A stretch of DNA of 52,457 bases from Methanomassiliicoccales archaeon (GCA_030672365.1 DAOVGM010000046.1:1-52457); one strand, 5' to 3'. Positions 1-9,612 are shown, counted from the first letter of the stretch. Notes: generated by a model not told the origin, from the letters alone. Made by a program: numbers and translations.

Positions 1-2750
1 CCAAGGTCTTCGCCGTGAACAAGGCCGGGTTGTTGATGGCAGAAGCCTCTTCGGAGGAAGCTGACATGGACGCGGACATCTTCGCCGGCATGCTCTCCGC
101 GGTGCAGGATTTTGTCAGGGACAGTTTCGACCAGACAGGGGATAAAAAGGCAGGACTCGGCAGGCTCGAGTACGGGGACATGAAAATCCTCATAGAGCAC
201 GGGGACCAGCTGTTTCTCGCCGCGGTCTTCGACGGTGCGGAGCATGAGGACATGAAAAACCTCCTGAAACGCACAATCCGGAGCATGGAGGAGGAACACG
301 GGCAGGCGCTCGAATCCTGGTCCGGGATGATGGAGGAAGTTACGGGAATTCAGGAAGAGGTCGACCACCTCACCGAGTCCAAATTCATCGTGAAAAAGAA
401 CCTGGAAGGCGTGAAGCTGGACAACGAGAGGGTGAGGATATCCGATAAAGCACTGGAGAGCCTGAAAAGATTGTCAGAAGACTGCGCGATTGCCGTTATT
501 CTCGAGGACCTTCACTGGGCTGATGAATCCAGCCTATTCGTTCTCAGATACCTGGCCAGGAACATCTGCGACGAGAAGATCCTCTTGATAGGCACGTTCA
601 GACCGGGCGAGAGTGACCTGTTCCTGACTGCGTTGGAGGAAATGACGGGGGAGCGGACCGTCGAAGAACTGACCCTGGAAAAACTGGGAGAGGACAGCGT
701 TTCCTCCCTTACTGAGGAGCTGTATCCCGGCCACGAGTTCCCGTCGAAATTGATAGAAAACCTGTCCACGAGGTGCAACGGAAATCCGTTATTTATCAAG
801 GAGATGCTCTGGCAGATGGGAGAGGAAGGGAACATTGCCATGCAAGACGGGAAGTACGTGCTCGTCAGCGAGGACTATTCGGTTCCGGATTCTGTTCAGG
901 AGGTTGTGGAAAAACGTCTCGGTCGTCTGGATGCGGGGACAATGGCGCTCGCGGAGTACGTCTCGTGCATAGGAAAGGAGTTCGATGAAAGCCTGGCCCT
1001 GTCCTACGAGTACGGAACCGATACCGCCGAAGCTCTCGGTATCCTTAAAGACCACGGCATCCTGCAACCGATGGGAGACGTCATGCAGTTCAGCCACGCG
1101 GTCTACCAGGATTTCATTTATACCAGCATTGCCGGGCGATGGAAGATAACCTATCACAAGAACCTGGGCGAGTACTACGAGAAATCATACCGCAGCAATC
1201 CCGACGCGGTAATGTACGAGCTGGCCAGACACTTCTCAAGGAGCGGTGATTTCGAGAAGGGGTTCGATTATTCCACAAGGGCCGGTGAGAAAGCTGTCGC
1301 GTCCTTCGCCACCGAGAAAGCTACGGAGTTGTACGAAAGCTCTCTGACCCTTGCTGAGAAGATTGTGGGGAACTCGGAAGTGGAATCGAAGGTTCCTGTC
1401 GTGATGGAGAGGTTGGGCGACCTCTACACTATTAGCGGAATCTACGAGAAGGCCTTGGCCAGTTATACCTCATCTTACCAGCGGATTGAGGAAAGCTATG
1501 ACAAAGCGAGGATGCACCGTAAGCGTGCTGATGTCTTGGAAAAATGCAGCAAGTATGACGAGGCTTTCTCGCAACTGGACGCGGCCGAGTCCCTGCTCCC
1601 CGCAAAGGACTCTCTCGAGACGGGTAGGATATCGATTCAGCGCGCTTTCCTACACACTAGGAAGGGAGAGTATGCGGATGCCATCAAACTCGCTTCTGAG
1701 TCATGTGATTTACTGGCAGGAAATGCGGACATAAGTCACGAGAAGGAGATCGCGAAAGCATTGCACATAATCGGTCTGTGTTATTGGTATGAAGGCAAAT
1801 ATTCCAGTTCCCTGGAACATAACTACAAGTCTCTGGAATTGAATGAGAAGAGCGGAGATCTGCGGGGCGTCGCTTCTTCATGCAACAGCATCGGGCTCAT
1901 CCATACAGAGAAGGCAGAGTATGCGGAAGCCATTAAATGGTTCGAGAAGGCATTGGCTCTTCGGAAGAGCACGGGCGACATTCAAGGGTATGGCATGACT
2001 TATAGCAACATAGGGAGGGTGCATGTCAGGAAAGGGGACTATTCGTCAGGTTTGAAATACTACAAGGAAGCATTGAGCATCGGAGAGAGAATCGGGGACC
2101 GGTTCTTTGTGGCAACTGTTTACAACAACCTCGGGATAATGTGCCTGGGAAAGGAGGATTACACGGAAGCGCAGCAGTATTTCGAATCATCTCTCGCAAC
2201 CAGGTTGAAGCTCGGAGACCAGGAAGGCATCGCTACCTCGTATAACAACATCGCAAACGTTCTGACCGGACTCGGCGAACATACTCAGGCCATTGAAGCT
2301 CACAACAGGTCGATGGAGATTTGCCGGGCCATCGGAAATGACGACACAATAACCTACAACCTTTACGGGCTGGCAGAGACATATCTCGACATGGGGCAGG
2401 TCGACGAGGCGGAGAACAATTGTCTCGAAGGATATGGGCTGGCCAAGGAAATCGGCGCAAAAGAGATGGAGTTGTGTTTTCAACATCTCATGGGAGTCAT
2501 CGAGCGGGAAAGGGGGAACTGGGAAGGATCTGAGGAGAAATTCAAAGCTGCACTTGACGGGTTGATCGAATATGGGAAGGAATCCGACGCCGCGGAGACG
2601 AAATACGAGTACGGCGTGCTGCTATTCAGGATGGGAGACAGAGATGGGGCGAAGCTAATGATACAGGAAGCAAGGGAGGTTTTCCTGCAATGTGGTTTTT
2701 CAAATTTGACGCACAAGTGCAACAGGATGCTGGAGGAGTTGGATGAATGA
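1..2750 (+). CDS. STAND-like P-loop NTPase (AAA_16 type) with roadblock/longin-like insert and C-terminal TPR array, paralog A; 5' end truncated by window edge
   Basis: The frame is open to base 1. The first residues KVFAVNKAGLLMAE align with KLFAVNMAGMLVAE about 110 aa into paralog C, so Walker A lies upstream of the window. Walker B-like AVILEDLHWADESS is present, followed by C-terminal TPRs of about 40-aa period. Stop TGA 2748-2750 overlaps the next ATG (ATGA). Confidence 0.8.
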   Translation, partial: KVFAVNKAGLLMAEASSEEADMDADIFAGMLSAVQDFVRDSFDQTGDKKAGLGRLEYGDMKILIEHGDQLFLAAVFDGAEHEDMKNLLKRTIRSMEEEHGQALESWSGMMEEVTGIQEEVDHLTESKFIVKKNLEGVKLDNERVRISDKALESLKRLSEDCAIAVILEDLHWADESSLFVLRYLARNICDEKILLIGTFRPGESDLFLTALEEMTGERTVEELTLEKLGEDSVSSLTEELYPGHEFPSKLIENLSTRCNGNPLFIKEMLWQMGEEGNIAMQDGKYVLVSEDYSVPDSVQEVVEKRLGRLDAGTMALAEYVSCIGKEFDESLALSYEYGTDTAEALGILKDHGILQPMGDVMQFSHAVYQDFIYTSIAGRWKITYHKNLGEYYEKSYRSNPDAVMYELARHFSRSGDFEKGFDYSTRAGEKAVASFATEKATELYESSLTLAEKIVGNSEVESKVPVVMERLGDLYTISGIYEKALASYTSSYQRIEESYDKARMHRKRADVLEKCSKYDEAFSQLDAAESLLPAKDSLETGRISIQRAFLHTRKGEYADAIKLASESCDLLAGNADISHEKEIAKALHIIGLCYWYEGKYSSSLEHNYKSLELNEKSGDLRGVASSCNSIGLIHTEKAEYAEAIKWFEKALALRKSTGDIQGYGMTYSNIGRVHVRKGDYSSGLKYYKEALSIGERIGDRFFVATVYNNLGIMCLGKEDYTEAQQYFESSLATRLKLGDQEGIATSYNNIANVLTGLGEHTQAIEAHNRSMEICRAIGNDDTITYNLYGLAETYLDMGQVDEAENNCLEGYGLAKEIGAKEMELCFQHLMGVIERERGNWEGSEEKFKAALDGLIEYGKESDAAETKYEYGVLLFRMGDRDGAKLMIQEAREVFLQCGFSNLTHKCNRMLEELDE

Positions 2751-5700
2751 ATGAACTGGCTCTGCAACAGCCGGAACTTATCGGTCGGGAGGATGAATTG
2801 GATAAACTCAGCCGATCTCTGGATAATGCAATCGAGGGCAATGGTTCGACGATTTTCATAGGCGGAGAAGCAGGCATTGGAAAAACCAGGCTCGTTTGCG
2901 AATTAATGAAGGATGCAGAATCCAAAGGTGTCCATATGATACAGGGTTGGTGCCTTGCGGAGAGCCTCGAGCCACTTATGCCCATCAAGACCGCCCTGAG
3001 GGAAGCCAGGATGTTTCACCTGGTATCTGGGGATCCGCCCCCGAAGGTTGTCTCGGCTTATCTCATTGACGATGCAGGCATGCTTATGAACAAGGCCGAG
3101 AGGGAAGAATCCGGTTTGGACCCGGACATTTTCGCCTCAATGTTGCAGGCGGTCGGGAACTTCATAAAGGACTCGCTCTCAATGATGGATAGCGACTCCG
3201 GTGCTCACCTTCACTCTCTGGGGTACGGAGAATACACCATCCTGCTCCAGTCCCATGGCACGTTATCCCTGGTCACCGTTATCAAGGGCACGAACAGCGA
3301 GTTCCTGATTGACGACATGAAGCAGGTTCTTGCCGAAACAGGAAGCAAATTCGATGACTGGTCTGGGGACATTTCCAAAACCGAGGAGCTCCAGCCCAAA
3401 ATCTCATGGTTCGTCGACTCAGGAAAATATGACGGCAGATTCCTTGTGGACGATGCAAAGATCAAGCAGGAAAATTTGTTTGATAATATCCTGTTGGGCA
3501 TACAGAGGGCATCCCTGGAAAAGCCAGTGCTTCTGTTTCTGGATGATTTACAGTGGTCTGACCCCAGTTCCCTGAACCTTATCCATTACCTTGCCAGGAA
3601 CAGCAGGAATAACAGGGTTCTTATTCTAGGAACCTACAGGCCGGAGGATATCTTAGAAGCCCATGACGGGAAGACTCATCAGTTGGAAATCGCCTTGCAG
3701 GGCATGAGCAGAGAGGACCTTCTCCATAAAATGGAACTGAAAAGGCTGGGACCAGAGGAAACTAAGAGGATAGTCGAATCAATGCTCGGCCAGACCGCCT
3801 TTGAGAAAGATTTCTTCGATAAGATATTCAAGGACACTGACGGCTCTCCCTTCTTCATCCTAGAAGTCATCAAGATGCTGGCGGAGGACAAGGCCATCGA
3901 GCAGGATGAAGATGCCTGGCGATTGAAGAAAGAGCTGGATGAGATCGATGTTCCATCCAAGGTCTACGACGTCGTAAAACGACGACTGGACAGATTGATG
4001 AAGGAACAAAGAAGAATGCTTGACTGTGCCAGTGTAGTTGGTCAAGAGTTTCAATCCGAGATTGTCGGCCGGGTCATGGGAGTGAACAAGTTACAACTTC
4101 TGGAGAATCTTAGCGAAATCGAGAAAGTCCACCGTCTGATTCACTATCTGAAAGACAAATATAAATTTGACCATGCAAAGATTCAGGAAGTGTTATACAA
4201 CAGTATAGGGGAGGAACTTAGAAAAGAGTATCACAAGATTATTGCTGACACGATAGTGGAACTACACGAGGACAATCCGGATGACGTTGTAAATGAACTG
4301 GCCTATCATTATTGTGAGGCCAGAGATGAGAGAGCTGGAGGATATCTTGTTATGGCAGGCGACAAAGCAAAGGAAGAGTTTGCGAATGAGGAATCAATCA
4401 AGTTATACGCAAATGCTGTCGTCCTGATAAAGAATGAGGAAAGAGTGGAAGTCCTAGAGAAGCTTGGAGATGTCCAGTCGCTCATCGGTGATTTTGATAA
4501 GGCTATCGAGAACTTTGAAAAAGCAAAAGGAACAGCCGAGGACAAAGAGACCAAGGCCAGGATGCTGAGGAAGAGCAGCGATGTCTATGAGAGGATGGGC
4601 GAGTATGACAAATCCTTAGAGTTGTTGGCCAGGGCGAAGAAATTAATAGAAGAAGGGATGGCAGAGTATGGCAAGATATGTTTTGGCGAAGGATATGTCC
4701 ACTGGAAAAAGGGAGATTACGACAATGGCCTGCCCCTCTTCAGGACAGCCCTGAAGATATTCGAGGAGACGGGAGACGACCAGAAGGATATTGGCAATGC
4801 GCTCCGAGCGGTCGGCAACATTCACACAAGCAAAGGAGGTTACGACGAAGGTGTCCAATACTATGAAAAGAGTCTGGCCGTGATGGAGAAGATAGGGGAT
4901 CAATATGGTATCGCGACCGCACTCAACAACATCGGCATCGTGCATAAACACAAGGGCGAGTTTGACAGGGCGCTAGAGTTCCAGGAGCGCAGTCTGGAGA
5001 TTCTGGAGAAGATCGGGGATAAGCAGGGCATAGCGATGTCGCTGTACAACATCGGTGTCGCGCACTATGAGAAGGGCGAGCCGGTGAGTGTGCTGGAGTT
5101 CTATGGGCGCAGTCTGGAGATTCTGGAGAAGATCGGGGACAAGCAGGGCATAGCGATGTCGCTGTACAACATCGGTGTCGTCTACCATGACAGGGGCGAG
5201 CTGGAGAAGGCGCTGGAGTTCCACGAGCGTGGCCTGGAGATTCTGGAGAAGATCGGGGACAAGTGGGGCATAATGATCTCGCTCAGCAACAGCGCCGCCG
5301 TCTACCATGACAGGGGCGAGCTGGAGAAGGCGCTGGAGTTCTACGAGCGCGGCCTAGAGATATGTTTAGAGATTGGTGAAAAGCGTGTGTCTATCCACCA
5401 CCACTGCGGGCTGGCAGAGGTCAAACTTGAAATGGGCGACGTGCAAATTGCGTTCGAACACGCGGAAAAGGCGATCAGGGTTGCCATCGATATCGGCGCA
5501 AAATCCGAAGAAGGCATGAGCCATCGGGTCCTGGGGATGGTGTATCGGGAGAAGAAAGACAGGGACAACGCAATTGAAGAGTTCGAGAAGGCCAGGATTA
5601 TTCTTGATGAGTTTGGCGAGAAAATTGAGCTGGCCAAGGTGTTCTATGAGCATGGTCTATTGTTCAAGGTCAAAGGCGAACCCGCCAAAGCCCGTGAGTA

Positions 5701-5791
5701 TCTCAAAAAAGCTCACTCCGAGTTCGAGCGCATGGGCATGAAGCTGAGGGAAGAGAAGTGCAGGAAGGCGCTGGGGGAGTTGGAGGGATGA
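2747..5791 (+). CDS. STAND-like P-loop NTPase (AAA_16 type) with roadblock/longin-like insert and C-terminal TPR array, paralog B
   Basis: The N-terminus is ELIGREDELDKL...GGEAGIGKTRL (Walker A). Walker B-like LLFLDDLQWSDPSS comes about 220 aa later. The insert reads DPDIFASMLQAVGNFIKDSL...GYGEYTILLQSHGTLSLVTVIKG. A long TPR array follows. GGAGG lies upstream and there are ATGA overlaps at both ends. Confidence 0.85.
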   Translation: MNELALQQPELIGREDELDKLSRSLDNAIEGNGSTIFIGGEAGIGKTRLVCELMKDAESKGVHMIQGWCLAESLEPLMPIKTALREARMFHLVSGDPPPKVVSAYLIDDAGMLMNKAEREESGLDPDIFASMLQAVGNFIKDSLSMMDSDSGAHLHSLGYGEYTILLQSHGTLSLVTVIKGTNSEFLIDDMKQVLAETGSKFDDWSGDISKTEELQPKISWFVDSGKYDGRFLVDDAKIKQENLFDNILLGIQRASLEKPVLLFLDDLQWSDPSSLNLIHYLARNSRNNRVLILGTYRPEDILEAHDGKTHQLEIALQGMSREDLLHKMELKRLGPEETKRIVESMLGQTAFEKDFFDKIFKDTDGSPFFILEVIKMLAEDKAIEQDEDAWRLKKELDEIDVPSKVYDVVKRRLDRLMKEQRRMLDCASVVGQEFQSEIVGRVMGVNKLQLLENLSEIEKVHRLIHYLKDKYKFDHAKIQEVLYNSIGEELRKEYHKIIADTIVELHEDNPDDVVNELAYHYCEARDERAGGYLVMAGDKAKEEFANEESIKLYANAVVLIKNEERVEVLEKLGDVQSLIGDFDKAIENFEKAKGTAEDKETKARMLRKSSDVYERMGEYDKSLELLARAKKLIEEGMAEYGKICFGEGYVHWKKGDYDNGLPLFRTALKIFEETGDDQKDIGNALRAVGNIHTSKGGYDEGVQYYEKSLAVMEKIGDQYGIATALNNIGIVHKHKGEFDRALEFQERSLEILEKIGDKQGIAMSLYNIGVAHYEKGEPVSVLEFYGRSLEILEKIGDKQGIAMSLYNIGVVYHDRGELEKALEFHERGLEILEKIGDKWGIMISLSNSAAVYHDRGELEKALEFYERGLEICLEIGEKRVSIHHHCGLAEVKLEMGDVQIAFEHAEKAIRVAIDIGAKSEEGMSHRVLGMVYREKKDRDNAIEEFEKARIILDEFGEKIELAKVFYEHGLLFKVKGEPAKAREYLKKAHSEFERMGMKLREEKCRKALGELEG
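4975..5360 (+). repeat. Intragenic tandem repeat, 120-bp unit (about 3 copies); each unit encodes one 40-aa TPR of paralog B
   Basis: Rows 4981-5040, 5101-5160 and 5221-5280 are near-identical (gcagtctggagattctggagaagatcgggga[tc]aagcagggcatagcgatgtc). The peptide LEILEKIGDKQGIAMSLYNIGV is repeated verbatim. Confidence 0.9.
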
Positions 5792-8583
5792 CTGAACTGG
5801 CCCTTCAACAAACGGAACTCATTGGCAGGGATGAAGAGCTGAATAAACTCAAGTCATGTTTAGATAATGCCATCAATGGTGAGGGGTCCACGATATTCAT
5901 CTCCGGAGAGGCAGGCATTGGAAAAACTAGGCTGGTCGATGCCTTTCGGGAATTTGCCGCGACACAGAATGTCACGGTCTTGACGGGCGCTGGGTCTGCA
6001 GATATCAGCCAGCCGTTTTTGATATTCTCCAAGGCATTTGGGGAAGTTATGGAGAAACCGCTGTTCGAGGAGCAGGAATACAAGGGATTCGCCAAGCTCT
6101 TCGCGGTGAACATGGCAGGGATGCTGGTTGCCGAAACCTCGGCCGAGGAAGAGGACTTGGATGCGGACATCTTTGCCGGTATGCTGTCGGCTGTCCAGGA
6201 CTTTGTGCGCGACAGTTTCGACCAGGCAGGAACGCAAAAAGCCAGCTTAGGGCGCCTCGAGTACGGGAACATGAAGATTCTTATCGAGCACGGTGCGCAA
6301 ATCTTTCTCACGGCAGTCTTTGCCGGCGAGGAGCACCCGGATATGAAACGTCTTCTGAGACGAACGCTGGAAGACATCGAGGAAAAGCACGCCCCAGTCC
6401 TCGAATCCTGGTCCGGGCAGATGAAGGACACTGCCCCCATACAGCAAGAAATCGCTAAGCTGGCCGATGTGCAGTTTCTTGTTCGAAGAAATCTCGAGGG
6501 CATAAGCATCGAAACCGAGAGGCTCAGGATTGCGGATGAAATCCTTGAAGTTTTGAAACGTTTATCAGCCGAAAAACCCATGATAATCTTTCTGGAGGAC
6601 CTTCACTGGACCGACGAGTCCTCACTGTTCGTCATCAATTACCTGGCAAGGAACATACGGAATTACTCCATCCTCCTGGCGGGGACCTTAAGACCCAGAG
6701 AATCAGCTTCACTTCAGAAAGCCATCGATAACATGAATAACGAGGAGATTCTGGATGAGATGGCCCTTGAACAGTTGGACTTCAAGAACACGATTAGGGT
6801 GATTGACAAAACATTTCCTCACAATGATTTTCCCGTTACACTGGCGGAACGGCTGTACGAACAATCAAAAGGCAATCCTCTCTTTGTCATAGAAATGCTC
6901 AAGGGGATGCATGACGATGGCAGTATTGCAAAACAGGATGGGGCATACACATTGGTATCAGAGTCATATCAGATTCCAGCTACCGTAGAGGAGGTGGTCA
7001 ACCGCAGATTGGAGACTCTCGACCCGGACACCATGGCCATGGTGGAATATGCTTCCTGCATCGGACAGAGGTTCGACATGTCCCTTGCGGCATCCAATCG
7101 ATTGATGAAGGAACCGTATGCATCACTAGAAAAATTGCTGGCATCGGGCATTCTTTTGAAAAAGAACGGGACCATAGAGTTCAGCCATGCGGTGTTCCAA
7201 AGTGTGATATACAATGGCATAGGGGAGAGATGGAAAAACGGGCATCACAGGAACCTTGGCGAGTACCTTGAAATGACCTACGTAGATAGACTGGACGAGG
7301 TCATTTACGATCTGGCAAGGCATTTCTCCAGAACAAAGGAATATAAGAAATGTACCGATTATTGCACAAAGGCAGGGGAGAAGGCTGAGGGCTCCTATGC
7401 AATGGAGCAGGCATTAGAATTCTACAGAGAGGCCCTGGATGCGCTTTCCAGACTGGACCAAACCTATGCCCACGATATAACTTTGGATATACTGGAGAGA
7501 ATCGGGGACATCCAGGCCATCATGGGGGACTTCGATGGGGCCACCGGGGAATTCCGAAAGGCAGTAGATATCGCTGATGACAAAGAAACCAAGGCCAGGC
7601 TGCTGAGGAAGGTCGGCAGTATGCATGAAAGGAAAGGAGAATACGACAAGTCCCTGGAGATTCTGGCAGAGGCCAAGGGATTGGTGGATGCAGATAAAGC
7701 CGAGTACGGCAGGATACTCCGTATTGAAGGGGGAATATACTGGCGAAAGGGAGAATACGACAAAGCCATGCCCCTCTTTTTAAAGTCTATAGAGATAGCT
7801 GAAAAAATCGGCGCAGACAAGAAGGATATCGGTAACGCACTCAGAACGGTTGGTATCATCCACCATAGCAGGGAAGAATATACTCTCGCCATGCAGTATT
7901 ACCAAAAAAGTCTGGCCATTATGGAGGATATCGGAGAATTGAATGGCATCGCGGCGGTGCTGAACAACATTGGTGTCGTGCACTATGAGAAGGGCGAGCT
8001 GGACAGGGCACTGGAGTTCCACGGGCGCAGCTTGGAGATAAAGGAAAAAATAGGGAACAAACAAGGAATTGCGACGTCGCTGAACAACATTGGTATCGTG
8101 CACGCAGATATGGGCAATCAGGATAGAGCAGTGGAGCACTATGAAAAATGTTTGGCCATAAGCCTTGAGATTGGGGATAAAAGTGGGGCAATTTATGTTT
8201 ATTACGGTCTGGCAAAAGTCAAACTTGGGAAGGGCGATGCCCGGGCAGCCTTTGAAAATGGGGAAAAGGCAAGAAGGATTGCTGTGAAGATTGGTGCCAA
8301 GATGGAAGAAGGCATGAGTCGCCGGATATTGGGCATGGCACATCGGGAGATGAAGGATTGGGACAGGGCGACCGAGGAATTCGGAAAGGCCCAAAAAATC
8401 TTGCAAGAGGTCGGCGAAAAGAATGAACTGGTAATATTATCCTACGAGCTCGCCCTCCTCTTCAAAGCCAAAGGCGAACCCGCCAAAGCAAAGCCACACA
8501 TTGAAAAGGCCCTGGCCATGTTCGAGGAAATGGGCATGAAGCTGTGGATTGAGAAGTGTGAGAAGGCGCTGGCTGAACTGTAA
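5788..8583 (+). CDS. STAND-like P-loop NTPase (AAA_16 type) with roadblock/longin-like insert and C-terminal TPR array, paralog C
   Basis: I prefer start ATG 5788 (MTELALQQTELIGRDEEL) over track start 5758. It parallels the paralog B N-terminus, makes an ATGA overlap with the upstream stop and has GGAGGG immediately upstream. Motifs: SGEAGIGKTRL, IIFLEDLHWTDESS, and a TPR array homologous to paralog B. Confidence 0.85.
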   Translation: MTELALQQTELIGRDEELNKLKSCLDNAINGEGSTIFISGEAGIGKTRLVDAFREFAATQNVTVLTGAGSADISQPFLIFSKAFGEVMEKPLFEEQEYKGFAKLFAVNMAGMLVAETSAEEEDLDADIFAGMLSAVQDFVRDSFDQAGTQKASLGRLEYGNMKILIEHGAQIFLTAVFAGEEHPDMKRLLRRTLEDIEEKHAPVLESWSGQMKDTAPIQQEIAKLADVQFLVRRNLEGISIETERLRIADEILEVLKRLSAEKPMIIFLEDLHWTDESSLFVINYLARNIRNYSILLAGTLRPRESASLQKAIDNMNNEEILDEMALEQLDFKNTIRVIDKTFPHNDFPVTLAERLYEQSKGNPLFVIEMLKGMHDDGSIAKQDGAYTLVSESYQIPATVEEVVNRRLETLDPDTMAMVEYASCIGQRFDMSLAASNRLMKEPYASLEKLLASGILLKKNGTIEFSHAVFQSVIYNGIGERWKNGHHRNLGEYLEMTYVDRLDEVIYDLARHFSRTKEYKKCTDYCTKAGEKAEGSYAMEQALEFYREALDALSRLDQTYAHDITLDILERIGDIQAIMGDFDGATGEFRKAVDIADDKETKARLLRKVGSMHERKGEYDKSLEILAEAKGLVDADKAEYGRILRIEGGIYWRKGEYDKAMPLFLKSIEIAEKIGADKKDIGNALRTVGIIHHSREEYTLAMQYYQKSLAIMEDIGELNGIAAVLNNIGVVHYEKGELDRALEFHGRSLEIKEKIGNKQGIATSLNNIGIVHADMGNQDRAVEHYEKCLAISLEIGDKSGAIYVYYGLAKVKLGKGDARAAFENGEKARRIAVKIGAKMEEGMSRRILGMAHREMKDWDRATEEFGKAQKILQEVGEKNELVILSYELALLFKAKGEPAKAKPHIEKALAMFEEMGMKLWIEKCEKALAEL

Positions 8584-8610
8584 TAAGCTTCCCGGAATTA
8601 TGATTACGTA

Positions 8611-9612
8611 TCACAATTTTTTCCTGAAGGTGAAGAATGTCTTATCGACCTTAAACCCCATCGCCTCGTAGAGCCGAAGTGCACCCGTAGGGTTCTCGGC
8701 GTCCACGCCCAGGCAGGCCTCTTTCATTCCCAGATCACGGAGTAAAACAAAGCTTCTGGCTATCAGTGCCTTGGCGACCCCGCGCCCGCGCCACTCGCGC
8801 CCCACATGGATGAACTCCGAGTACCCTCGCAGGCGGTCGTACTTCTTGTTCTCCTCCTCGTTGATGAACGGCAGGACTGCTCCAGCGACCTTATCTCCGT
8901 CCCAGGCGACCTGCCACTTCTCGGGCTGGAACTCAGGATGCTCGAGCCAGTGCTTGTACCGCTCCTCGGAGATCTCCGTCATTTCCCACCCGTCCTTCGA
9001 TGCCTCGTTGTCGGCCTCCCAGACCTTTCTGTAATGGTCGGGTGTGGCTGGCCTGACCTCCAGTCCTTCGGGAAGCGGCATGTCCGGAAGCTCTCCGGTA
9101 ATGGGGCGGGTCATGAAGTAACCGTACCTGACCTTCGAATAGCCCGATGATTCTATGATGGATATCCAGAGGTCTTCGTTGCTCATCGACCATGTCTGGA
9201 ATTCCTTGGTCTCGGTGTCGGGATGCTGCTTTGCGACCTCCCTCCCTCTTTTTTCATTCCAGGCGATGATCGCCTTTCTGATTCCCTTTCCGTACCAATC
9301 CGGGTCCAGGACCACGAAGTGATTGTAGTTGTAGCCGGACTGTTGCTTCCTCGACCAGTAAACTCTGGAATAGCCAATGACCGACCAGTCTAACTCGGCA
9401 ACTAAAATGTCTTTGAAGGGATCACAATTGACAAGATGTTTGTATGACAATTTGAATTCGTCCAGTGTTTGGAGCATGTCGAAATCCAAGACCACATTTT
9501 CTTTCAAGTGGATATTGTGAAAGAACGGCAGGTCATCTTCTCCCCTGTAGCCGCGAAAGCGTAACCCACGAACGTCGGGCATGTCCTGAATCTCAAAGTA
9601 TTCACTGCTCAT
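8611..9612 (-). CDS. GNAT family N-acetyltransferase, two-domain (MshD-like layout)
   Basis: The C-terminal half has a GNAT acetyl-CoA motif, REWRGRGVAKALIARS...LRLYEAMGFKV. The N-terminal half has WYGKGIRKAIIAW. The ATG is at 9612. Confidence 0.8.
   Translation of the reverse strand: MSSEYFEIQDMPDVRGLRFRGYRGEDDLPFFHNIHLKENVVLDFDMLQTLDEFKLSYKHLVNCDPFKDILVAELDWSVIGYSRVYWSRKQQSGYNYNHFVVLDPDWYGKGIRKAIIAWNEKRGREVAKQHPDTETKEFQTWSMSNEDLWISIIESSGYSKVRYGYFMTRPITGELPDMPLPEGLEVRPATPDHYRKVWEADNEASKDGWEMTEISEERYKHWLEHPEFQPEKWQVAWDGDKVAGAVLPFINEEENKKYDRLRGYSEFIHVGREWRGRGVAKALIARSFVLLRDLGMKEACLGVDAENPTGALRLYEAMGFKVDKTFFTFRKKL

Noticed and set aside
4975-5360. I considered whether the regular 120-bp repeats could be a CRISPR-like array.
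   Set aside because: The repeats are contiguous with no unique spacers. They lie in frame inside a CDS, and each encodes one TPR unit.
5805-8406. Long antisense ORFs (5805..6581, 7464..7892 and 7780..8406) lie inside STAND paralog C.
   Set aside because: The translations are Ser/Leu/Pro-rich shadow frames. The sense frame is homologous to paralogs A and B along its full length.
1-8583. I considered calling the STAND trio an Avs-like antiviral STAND defence system.
   Set aside because: No N-terminal effector (nuclease, protease, TIR or similar) and no other defence genes were recognised. The proteins start directly with the NTPase. The immune-sensor analogy rests only on the repeat dynamics and cannot be asserted.
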